Shown: one piece after another, positions 38,801 through 50,300 of the stretch | Layout: every line of letters begins with the position of its first letter | How positions within the stretch are numbered: the first letter of the stretch is position 1 | NCBI GenBank assembly: GCA_026770705.1 | Contig: JANJGN010000071.1 | Span: 992,001-1,056,000 of the forward strand | Reading direction: 5' to 3' | Source: Isurus oxyrinchus | Lineage: Eukaryota | Length of the DNA: 64,000 bases | Notes under the pieces: model-generated | What the model was told of the DNA's origin: nothing | What the model saw: only the letters and a program-made list of their open reading frames with translations | The model's database searches: none | Translations under genes and position numbers: made by a program

Positions 38801-39976
38801 AGACACCTGCAGACACACAATCCCACATGTATGAGCACACACAGAAACACACTCACAAACAAACACCCTATCACATACTGCCCTGTGGGTTACCTGACCT
38901 CCCTCAGTGCTGCACCGGAGTATTGACCTAGATTCTGGGTTTTGTGTTCCCTTTCATATTTATGGAAGAATATGGAAATTGCAAGGTCTATTACAGACAC
39001 TCAGATGCACAGGGATACTCACAGATACACTCTGCCTCTCCAACTCTCTATCCTCCTTTAAGAAGTTTCCTGAAACCTAATCCTTTGACCAGTCACCTGT
39101 CCTAACTCCTCTTACGTGATTTTGTGTGAAATTTTGTTTGAGTATCTGAGAATAAGAGGGAAGTGGAGAGGTTTAGGAAGGGAATTCCTGTTGCTGAAAA
39201 GCTTACATCAAGTTCTCAGCTTTCCAGTGCCCATTTTTCACATGATGTCCATGTTCATAATGGGGATTGCCTATGTAAACATCACGCTGTAGTTACACTC
39301 TCCCACCAGTGGTGGCACGGTAACACTTAACCCTTGCATCTCCAGCTTTTCAAGCAATTTCCCTTCCTAATTTGCTACTATTCACCTCGACCACTCCCAG
39401 TGGGAGCGAGTTCCACATTCTCCCCTCTCTCTGGGTAAAGATTGGAACTGTTTATTAAGCGGGGGGTGTAAGTCCGTGGGGGAGTCCATCTCGATTCTGC
39501 CCGATTCGCACACGCGTCCGAGATGGATTTCCACCCTGCACTAAACGTTTCCAGAATTTTCTACAGCACAATCCTGTACACAGCGATGGAGAGAAACATT
39601 GGACAGGGAGTCCAACAGCACAATGATCCATTCTCACCAATGTTCCACGCTAAGGGGAAAGTTCCGATTGTCCACTCTTAGAGTGTTTCCAATGAAAACA
39701 TTCATTCCACATTGAATCCCAGTGGATGGGTCAATATTACAGCAAATGTTGCAGTGATATGAAGCTTGATTGTTCAGCCAGAGTGAGAGATTGAAAGCGG
39801 AGAGTCAGTGATGATTTCTTTCTGTGTGTTCTCTAGACAGTGGAGGAGAGATTCTGCACGTGATCCTGATCCTGGGAATACGAGCTGTGATATTCCTTGT
39901 GGCTGTGGTTATCACTATCGCTGGAGTCTGTGTCTGGGAGAGAAAAACAGTGAAAGGAAGTCGACAGACTGTTTGA
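35824..39976 (+). CDS. Unit E: activating-type Siglec-like receptor, join(35824-35863,36726-37094,37953-38249,39837-39976), ~281 aa, V + C2 + Arg-TM
   Basis: Canonical AG/GT sites, phase-1 junctions, no internal stops. Essential Arg in PYFFRIE. TM ILILGIRAVIFLVAVVITIAGVCVW and tail ERKTVKGSRQTV* with no Tyr. Non-coding exon donor after 35373. Confidence 0.78.
36726..37094 (+). CDS. Unit E V-set Ig exon
   Basis: 369 nt, CVQIPC...DCSL...YFFRIE. Confidence 0.9.
37953..38249 (+). CDS. Unit E C2-set Ig exon
   Basis: 297 nt, AG/GTAAGT, open. Confidence 0.88.
38572..38724 (+). pseudogene. 5'-truncated copy of the third Ig (C2) exon
   Basis: HLNVTMNRTSSNNELW...DYQCVAENEHG...ITVE|GTGAGT matches the 3' half of 51229-51510. 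The first Cys, Trp and acceptor are missing. Confidence 0.8.
39837..39976 (+). CDS. Unit E Arg-containing transmembrane/short-tail exon
   Basis: Acceptor gttctctag|. Third copy of the TM exon. Confidence 0.72.
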
Positions 39977-41319
39977 AGCTTTGTGCAGCAACAATCTCAT
40001 TATGGAACAGAAGGACGGCATTCAGCCCATCGACTCCATGCTGTCTCTCTGTAGAGCAATACAGTCAGTCCCATTCCCCCGCTCTATCCCCGTATCCCTG
40101 CAAGTTTATTTCCCCTCAAGTGTCCGTCCAATTTCCGTTTGAAATCGTTCATCGTCTCCGCTTCCACCATCCTCGTAGGCAGCGAGTTCCAGCTCATTAC
40201 CACTCGCTGTGTAAAAAAGTTCCTCCTCACATCCCCCCTCTGCCCACAACCTTCAATCTGTGTCCCCCAGTCCTTGTACCATCAGCTAATGGCAACAGCT
40301 TCTCTTTGTCTGCCTTATCTAAACCCATCATCATCTTGTACACCTCGATCAGATCTCCCCTCAATCTCCTTTGCTCCAAGGAGAACAACCCCAGCTTCTC
40401 CAACCCAACCTTGTAGCTAAAATCCCTCATCCCTGGACCCATTCTGCTCAATCTCCTCCCCACCCTCTCAAGGACCCTCACTTCCTTCCCAAAGTGAGGA
40501 GACCAGAACTGGACACAATACTCTAGTTGTGACCTAACCAGAGCTTTATAAATGTTCAGCATAACCTCCCTGTGTTTGTACTCAATCCCTCAATTTATGA
40601 AAAGCTTATTCTTTCCATCAGCACAAACAACAATTTCCAAGCGGACTCCCATCAGCAGACAGAGTGCAATGAAACATCGGCATGCCTGCTTCTTAATGTA
40701 CGGAGAGAAACCTGAAACGAGAGGTTCTCCTTCTTCTCCTCAGCAAGCTGAAACTTTTCCTTATACCTGGTGCTCCCCAGTCCTGCTGTGTGGACACATC
40801 ATAACCACGGCATTGTCTGGCTGTGTGCAGCCAACATGGTCGAATAGGAATGAACAGAAATGTGACGTTGCTAAACTCTGTTCTCTGATTGGAATGTGCT
40901 TTCTGAATGCTGCACCTTTTTCATGCTGCGATAGATTGTAAGAAGCATTTGGGTTATGAATAAAATTACATTGATTAACACAAGTGATTAAAATGCTCAG
41001 CCTGTTCTGTAGATACTTATGGATTAAAATTCTTATTTTACTGCCAGATTCTTGCCTCAAAGAAAAGCTTCTTGTTGTCACATTTTCTCTATTATATAAA
41101 TTCCTGTGCCCATCCTTATAATAGAAATTTCCCATGTAAACATGTCACATTGTAGTTTCACACTCCTGCCAGTGGTGGTGCCATTCCAAAGCTGTCTTGC
41201 TGCACAGACACAGTGAGAAATATTCTCGATGTGTACATGATGTTGTTGTTACACAGACATCAGGCGGAATCTTGGGCAGTGCCTAGAATGGACTTAGGAC
41301 AGTGCAGACCACACTCAGA

Positions 41320-43500
41320 ACTGACAGTGCAGCGTTTCCTCAGTGCTGACCCTCCGTCAGTGCAGCGCTCCCTCATTACTGTCCCTCTGACAGTGCTGCA
41401 CTACCTCATTATTGACCCTTTTCAAGTGCAGCACCCCGTCATCATTGACCTTCTGACCGTGCAGGATTCCCTCATGGCTGACACTCTGACAGTGCAACAA
41501 TCCCTAAACACTGACCCTCTGATACTGTAACCCTCCATCACTAATGACTTTCCAACAGTTCAGCACTCCCTAGGTACAGACCCTCTGACAGGGCAGCATT
41601 CCCTCAGTATTCAAACTCCCACTATGCAGCTGTCCCTCAGGATTCTCCCCCCCACAGTGCAGAACTCCCTCAGTACTCACCCTCCCACAGTGCAGCACTC
41701 CCTCAGTACTCTCACTCCCACAGTGCAGTACTCCCTCAGTACTCACCCTCCCAAAGTGCAGCACTCCCTCAGTACTCACCCTCCCACAGTGCAGCACACC
41801 CTCAGTACTCACCCTCCCACAGTGCAGCACTCCATCAGTACTCACCCTCCCACAGTGCAGCACTCCCTCAGTACTCTCCCTCCCACAGTGCAGTACTCCC
41901 TCAGTACTCACCCTCCCACAGTGCAGCACTCCCTCAGTACTCTCACTCCCACAGTGCAGTACTCCCTCAGTACTCACCCTCCCAAAGTGCAGCACTCCCT
42001 CAGTACTCACCCTCCCACAGTGCAGCACACCCTCAGTACTCACCCTCCCACAGTGCAGCACTCTATCAGTACTCTCCCTCCCACAGTGCAGTACTCCCTC
42101 AGTACTCACCCTCCCACAGTGCAGCACTCCCTCAGTACTCTCACTCCCACAGTGCAGTACTCCCTCAGTACTCACCCTCCCAAAGTGCAGCACTCCCTCA
42201 GTACTCACCCTCCCACAGTGCAGCACACCCTCAGTACTCACCCTCCCACAGTGCAGCACTCCATCAGTACTCACCCTCCCACAGTGCAGCACTCCCTCAG
42301 TACTCTCCCTCCCACAGTGCAGTACTCCCTCAGTACTCACCCTCCCACAGTGCAGCACTCCCTCAGTACTCTCACTCCCACAGTGCAGTACTCCCTCAGT
42401 ACTCACCCTCCCAAAGTGCAGCACTCCCTCAGTACTCACCCTCCCACAGTGCAGCACACCCTCAGTACTCACCCTCCCACAGTGCAGCACTCTATCAGTA
42501 CTCACCCTCCCACAGTGCAGCACTCCCTCAGTACTCACCCTCCCACAGTGCAGCACACCCTCAGTACTCACCCTCCCACAGTGCTGTGCGAGTTATTTAA
42601 ATCAAGACTGGTGCCCAAAGAGCGAGGTTTCAATGCTAAATCATTGAACTCGGTGAAAATTATTTTTAGGCTGAGGGGAACAAGACTTAGTTCCTCATAT
42701 CCTTTCTTTAGCAATAACACACAGTACTAGAATCTCTGTTTAAATAAATTCCAGTTAAACTTTGCCATGAAAGGATATCTTCTCACACTCCTCTCTACCT
42801 CAGTAGTAACCCTCCCACAGTCCGGCACCCCCTCAATACTGACCCTCCGACTGTGCGGAACTCACTCAGTACAGACCTGCTGACAGTTCAGCACTCCCTC
42901 ATTACTGATCCTCTGACAGTGCAGCACTCCCTCATTAAGGACCCTCTTCCAGTGCAGTACTCCCACATTACTGTCCCTCTGACAGTGCAGCACTCCCACA
43001 TTACTGACCCTCTGACAGTGCAGCACTCCCACATTACTGTCCCTCTGACAGTGCAGCACTCCCTCAGTACTGACCCTCCGACATTGCAGCATTCCTTCAC
43101 TACTGGCCCTCTGACAGTGCAGCACTCTCACATTACTGACCCTCTAATAGTGCAGCAGACCCTCAGTACTGACCCCACCAACAGTGCAGCACTCGCTCAG
43201 TACTGACCCTCCCACAGTGCAGCACTCCCTCAGTACTACACTCCTGACAGTGAAGTACTCCCTTATTAATGACCCTCTTCCAGTGAAGAACTCCCACATT
43301 ACTGTCCCTCTGACAGTGCAGCACTCCCTCAGTACTGACCCTGCGACATTGCAGCAATCCTTCACTACTGGCCCTCTGACAGTGCAGCAATCCCACATTA
43401 CTGACCTTCTGATAGTGCAGCACTCACTCAGTACTGACCCTCACACAGTGCAGCACTCCCTCAGTACTATACCCCTGACAGTGCAGCACTCCTTCAGTAA
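41320..43500. repeat. Two 33-bp minisatellite arrays (paralog of 32500-35020)
   Basis: Tandem units with the same spacer (42590-42800) as 33670-33880. Confidence 0.92.
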
Positions 43501-44310
43501 TGATATCAGGGATTGTCAACATGTATCATACGGCCAGAGACCTGTATTGGGAACTCTATCGCCTGCGCTTCAGCCTCTGAGATGAGGGGGAGGGGTCTAA
43601 TCCCACGGAGCCAATGGAGAAGCTTGATGACTACAGCTGCCCAAATATGAGCTGACAGTTCACACATGGTAAACGTTTTGCTGAGAGCACAAAACATCCT
43701 CAATCTTCTCACTGATTACCCACTTCTTCATTTTGTCTCACAGAGACACATCCACCCTTTCTAATTAAATACACAGAGGGAGCAGCACAGGACGAGGTCA
43801 TTCAGCCCAAGCAGAGCGTGTGGGCAGTTCCTCCCCAGGCGAGCAGTCGGACAGGTCCTGGGTAAGTAACGGAACGATTGGAATTCACTTCCACCACCAA
43901 CACCGTCCTTTGTTGATGTTGTGACTTTATAAAGACAGATTCCAATGATTGATGCCTTTGAAAGATTTCTACTGATTATTGAGATCTGGGTGTGCGCTCA
44001 AGTCTGTTGTACAGAACATCTTTCTAGCTCAAGGGATGAGGGAAGAGCAGAGACAAGAGATTTGGGACATCCTGAGGTGGTGAAAGGTTCTATGGAAATG
44101 CAAGTCCTTCATTGTTTTTCCTTCTTAAAGCCTTGTAACTCTCTGCAGAGCACCTCTCATCCCACAGAGAATCAAACTATTCTGTGAAGACATTGTCTAA
44201 AAGCAGTTCTGATCTCTCGAGAGCTGTCGGACAAGAGGTGAGGTCTTATTAACTCCTTTCTCTTTCAGAACTTCAGAGTTAGAAGCTGAGGAAATATCTG
44301 GGAGTGGACA

Positions 44311-47300
44311 ATGATCGGGAAATCTTACTTCCTCCTGTCACTTCTCCAAGGTAATATCATTATCAGCTCGGACAGATTTATGGTGAATAGTCTTTGTAAA
44401 AGATCATTCTTATTGAGCTGTGATTGGGAACCGATTCAGCAGTGAGCCAGTGTACAAACTCACACCGAGTCCCATTCACCCATCACCCCTAAACTATCTG
44501 TCTCCTGGTCCTACAACATCTCAAACTTAAAATTCACATCTCTTTGTTCAAATGCATCCATTGCCTCACACTGCCTCCTTATCTCTGTAACCTCCTGCAA
44601 CTCTCCCAACCAACGTGCCAGATCTCTGTGTTACTCCAATTCCGGCCTCTTGACCATCCCTCGATTCCCATCACTCCAATACTGGCGGCCGGGCCTTCAG
44701 CTGCCTGGGGCCTGAGCTCTGGAATTCACTCCCTAAACCTCGGCGATGGAGGAGCTCAGAGGGTTTCATTTTACTGAAAACCACCACGACTACATCACAG
44801 CTGCAGTCAGAATAGACAGAGAGTCCAGCCCTCGCACTTCCTGCACAGTTTCACCATAGCAACCACAATAAGGAAGTAAAATAACTGAAAGTTAAACCGA
44901 AGCCAAAGCAGTCAGTTTAAAGAGATGAGATATTTAAACAGTTTCCCTGTGTATCTTGTAGACACTGTGTTGGGTGGAAGACTGGCTTCACTAAACAGGG
45001 TCCTGAGGACTATGAGCCAATGTAGAATGAACTTGTCCACTCCTGTGTCCAGGATTCTCTTCCATCCATTATGAAACCTTGGAGAGTTCCATGTGTGTCC
45101 TGTAGATGGTCCTCACTGCAGCCACTGTGCTCCAGAGATGGAGGGGGTGGATATCGAGTCTAGTGGATCTACAAACCATCCAGAGTTAAATATTTGATAT
45201 TTCTCTCCCCAGTTGGACTGTCACAAGAGTGGAAAGGTGACACTCCACGAGAGGTGACAGCGCAGGAAGGTTCCTGTGTACAGATTCCATGTCATTACGG
45301 TTATCCAGCACATTTGGAAAACCAACCGCGAGGTGGAGTCTGGTTTAATAATGAGAAACAGATTCCCTGGGCTCCCATTGCCTTTCACTCCAAGGATCAC
45401 AGTCATGAGTTACCACGGTTCCGCCATCGGACCCGGCTCTCTGGAGACCTGAAAGATGGCGACTGTTCCCTGATTATAAACAACATCAGACGGGAAGATG
45501 CAGGACCTTATTTTTTCAGAATAGAATTTGACAATGGTCCGAGCCATAACTATTACCCTGTAACCCAGCTTCATGTTTCTGGTAAGTGCTGTGTTATAAT
45601 TCCTCAACAATTCACATTCAACACTCAATGGGAAATAACACAAACTGTGACGTTTACATATTAACACAAAACACAGCTTATTATAACACACTGTCTGATT
45701 CTCAATAACCTGGTGATAGCTTCCAGTTCAGTCCTAAAGCAACGTCTAATACTCACTTTAATATCAATGATGAAAAGCATTAACTGTATTATCAGGTTAC
45801 CACACCCATCAATCTCTCCTGTCCTGTTTAAAAGTCTGACGTATCGATAAAAGAAAGATGTGCATTTCTGCTGCGCAATTTACCACCTCAGGAGGATCCA
45901 AATCCCTTCACAGCCAATGAAATTATTCCTGAATTGTAGTCACAGATGTAAAACACAGCAGGCAGTTTGTGCACAGCAAGATCCAACAAACCACAAGGTG
46001 ATAAATCACCCAGATCACTGAGGAAATGAGAAGCCAGTGAACTCGAACCTCTGGTCTGATGAAGAGTCATACGGACTCGAAACGTTAACCCTGTCTTCCT
46101 CTCCACTGATACTGTCAGACCTGCTGAGTCTTTCCAGCAATTTTTGTTTTTGTTTCAGATTTCCAGCATCCACAGTATTCTGCTTTGAACTCCAATCTCT
46201 GGTCTGAGCCTCTTCTCTCATCCAGTGTTCTCAATTCACATGTCTCGGAGTGAACGTGTATTAAGCTGAGAGACAGAAACACTACTGCCAAAGAGCAAGA
46301 AATTCTTTCCTGATCATTGTAACCTCTCAGTTCTGATATCATCCTTGTAAAAGTGCTTTCTCTTGTGGGACTGTGATTTCTATTTGAACTGATGCTTCAC
46401 ATTATATTTCTCTAAAAGGATCCATTCTCTGTCTGTTAGATTTCACAGATAAACCCATGATATTCCCTGCTGAAATTATTGCAGGAAAGCATGTGGATGT
46501 AAGCTGCACCTTCAACACAACGTGCAATGGAACAGCAGCACCTGTCTTAACCTGGGACACTCCCACTGACGTACCTGGATCAGTCTCAAACACTGTAACT
46601 CAGCATGGTGTCACTCTGACCTATACTTCTGTTCTGACCCTGATCCCATCACTCAAACACCACGGACACACACTCAGCTGCAGAGTGAGATATCCATCTG
46701 TTTCATCGGAGCGGACCCTTGTACTAACTGTACAAGATAAGTACTGACACCCTTGATTCTATATTAGCTGTAATAGGATACAATGTGCAGAGCAAGATCC
46801 CACAAACATCACTGGGTTGAAGACAAAACAGGTCCTTTTTTATTAGTGATATTGACCAGGGAGAGCTCTTCCTGTACTGAGCCTTGGGATTGTTTGTGCC
46901 TACCTGATAGGGCAGAGGGGGCCAAGGTTGAACTTAAAAGACAATATAGGATAATATAAATATTGTCTTCATTGATGTCAAAGATTTTGGGGGAGATGTA
47001 GTATAAAAGTTTAATATTAACAATGTAAATAGATAGTATTTATCATCAGTTACTCAAGGTCACATGAGAATAGAACACGGAGAGAGATAGTTCTATAGAT
47101 ACCTAGGTACATAGAAACTAGGAGCACGATTAGGACATTCAGCCCTTCAAGCCTTCTCCGCCATTCAATATGATCAAGGCTGACCCTCTATCTCAAAGCC
47201 TTATTCCCGCTTTCTCTCCGTACCCTTTGATGCCCCTAATATCAAAATATTTATCAGTTTCTTTCTTGAATACACTCAGTGACCCGGCCTCCACAGCCTC

Positions 47301-50300
47301 TGTGATGGAGAATTCCACAGATTGACCACCCTCTGAGTGAAGAAATGTTTCCCTATCTCAGTCCAAAATGGCCTGCCCTGTATCCTGAGATTGTCGCCCT
47401 TGGTTTTAGACTCCCCAACCAAGGGATGCATCCTCCCTCCATCCAGTCTGTCTATCTCTGTTAGAATTTCTTACGTTTATTCAGGTCTCCTCTCATTCTT
47501 CTAAACTCTAGTGAATACAGACCCAGTCGTACCAATTCTCCTCATACGACAGTCCTGCCGCCCCTGGTATCAGCCTAGAGAACCTTCTCTGCGCTCTCTC
47601 GACGGCAAGTCTATCCTTTTTTAGGGAGGGAGACCAAAACGGCACGTAGTACCCCATGTGCAGTCTCACCAAGACCTTGTATAACTGCAGTGAGACATCC
47701 CTACTCCTGAACACAAATCCTCTTGCAATGAAGGCCAACATACCATTTGCCTTCCGAATTACTTGCTGCACCTGCCTGTTTACTTTCATTGGCTAGTGCA
47801 CAAGGACACCCAGATCCCTTTGTACATCCACATTTCGCAATATATCACCATTTAAATAATACTCTGCCTTTCTGTTTTTCACACCAAAGCCTACAATGTC
47901 ACATTCATCCACATCATCTGCCATGTGTTTGCCCACACACACAACTTGTCTAAATCGCCTTGAAGCCTCTTTGCATCCTCCTCACAGCTCACACCCTTAC
48001 CCAGCGTTGTGTCATCAGAAAACCTGGAAATATTGCACTTGGCTCCCTCACCCAAGTCATTTATATATATCATGAATAGTTAGGTCCCAAGCACGGATCC
48101 CTGTGGTATACCACTAGTCACCGCCTGCCACTCAGATAAAGACTAATTTATTCTGACCCTCTGTTTCCTGTCTATCGACCAATTCTCAATCCATGCCAGT
48201 AAATTACCCGCAATCCCATGGGCTTTAATGTTGCGCACTAGCCTCATGTAGGACCTTATCAAAAGCCTTCTTGAAGTCTAAATACACCACATCCACTGGT
48301 TATCCCTTATCTATTCTACTCGTTACATCTTCAAAATCTCCAATAGATTAGTTAACCATGATTTTCCTTTCATTAACCCATGCTGATTTTGTCGAATCCC
48401 ATTAAAGCTTTCCAAGCGTTCCATTAGCACACCTTATATAATAGGCTCTAGCATTTTCCCCATGACTGATGTTAGACTAACTGGTCTGTAATTCTCTGAT
48501 TTTTCTCTCCCTTTTATTTTAAATAGTGGAGTTACAATTGCCACTCTCCAATCTATAGGAACTGCTCCAGAGCCTATAGAATTTTGGAGGATGACCACCA
48601 GTGCTTCCAATATTTCCAGGGTCACTTCCGTTAGTCTCTGGGATGTAGATTTTCAGGCCCTGGGGACTGTTCAACCTTTAACCCATTAATCTCTCCAGAT
48701 TCATTTTTTAAAACTAATCCTGATTATCTTCAATTCCTCCCTCTCACTAGACACTTGGTTCCCTAACATTCCTGGGAAATTATTTGTGTCCTCTTTTGTG
48801 AAGACAGAACCAAAATATATGTTCAGTTCTTCTGCCATTTCTTTGTTTCTCATTAGAATTTCCCCCCTTTCTGACTGCAAGGAACCTACATCGGTCACTG
48901 CTAATCTTTCTCTCTTCACATATTTATAGAAGCTTTTACAGTCGGTTTTTACGTTCCCTGCAAGTTTACTCCCATGTTCCATTTTCCCCTTCTTGATCAA
49001 TCTTTTTGTCCACTTTTGCTGAATTCTAAACTGCTCCCAATCCTCAGCATTGCTGCTTCCCCTGGCAATTTTATGTCTCCTCTCTGGATCTAATACTATC
49101 CCTAATTTCTTTTGTAAGCCCTGGTTGAGCACCATTTCCTGACTTATTTTTACACCAGACAGAAATGGATAATTGTTGTAGCAAATGCTTCAGCCTTATC
49201 TTTTGCCCTGATGTGCTGGGCTCCCCCTTCATTGAGGATGGGGATATTTGTGGATTCCCCTCCTCCAGTGAGCTAATTGTCCATTACCATTGGATACGAG
49301 CATTAGTGGACTGTGTTAGACCATTATCGAAAATGAAAGCCAGACTCCAGTATGGCCTAACTATGATGGATATGACAACTCGATTTCCAGAGGCCATCCC
49401 TTTCGGAACAATTACAGCTAAAGTAGTAATAGGGAAGTTAACCCAATTTTTTATCCATTATGGATTACCGCTGGAGATCCAGTCAGTTCAAGGTTCCATC
49501 TCTATGTCTTAAAATTTTCCGAACATAATGAGTAATTTGGGTATAAAACAGTTAAAGTCCGTAGTATATCATCCATAGACACGGGGATCTTTAGAGAGGG
49601 ACCAACAAACACTCAAAACAATGATTGAAGCTATTGTCATGAACTCCCCATGACTGGGACAAAGGACTGGATTTTCTTGTATTTCCCACACGAGATTCAC
49701 CAACTGAATCGGCAGGTTTTAGTCTTTTTGGATTAATTTATGGACATGAGATAAGAGGCTGTCTGAAATTCATCAAAGAAAGATATTCCGGACAGAGGGA
49801 TGAATCCTCTATTTCAGATGATGTGTCTGTGTTTCAGGAAAGGCTCATGGGAGCCTCCAAAGTGGCACAAGAACATCTTATAGTTTCTCAAACAGAGATG
49901 AAGGAATGGGGCAGACAGGAAAGCTGTGACCCGAACATCACAACCAGGGGGATGACGTGTTAGTATCATTGCCTTGGCAGGGGGAGCCTCTGAAAGCGCG
50001 GTTCAGTGGTCCCTACAAGGTAATTAGGAGGGTTGGTCAAGTAAATTATTTGATAGACACCCCAGATTGTAGAATAAAGAATCAGCTGTGATACATCAAT
50101 ATGTTAAAACGATACTATCGTAGGGAGGGAGGTCAAAAGGAGCAGGTATTTCATTTCCAACCAGATTCTGCATAGATTACAGAAAGGTTAATGCAGCAAT
50201 AAAACCAGATTCCTACCCAATCCCCTGTTTAGAAGATGGTATTGACGAGGTTGGCAGTGCCATGTTCCTTACTGAGGTAAATTTGTTGGTAGGGGGGTGT

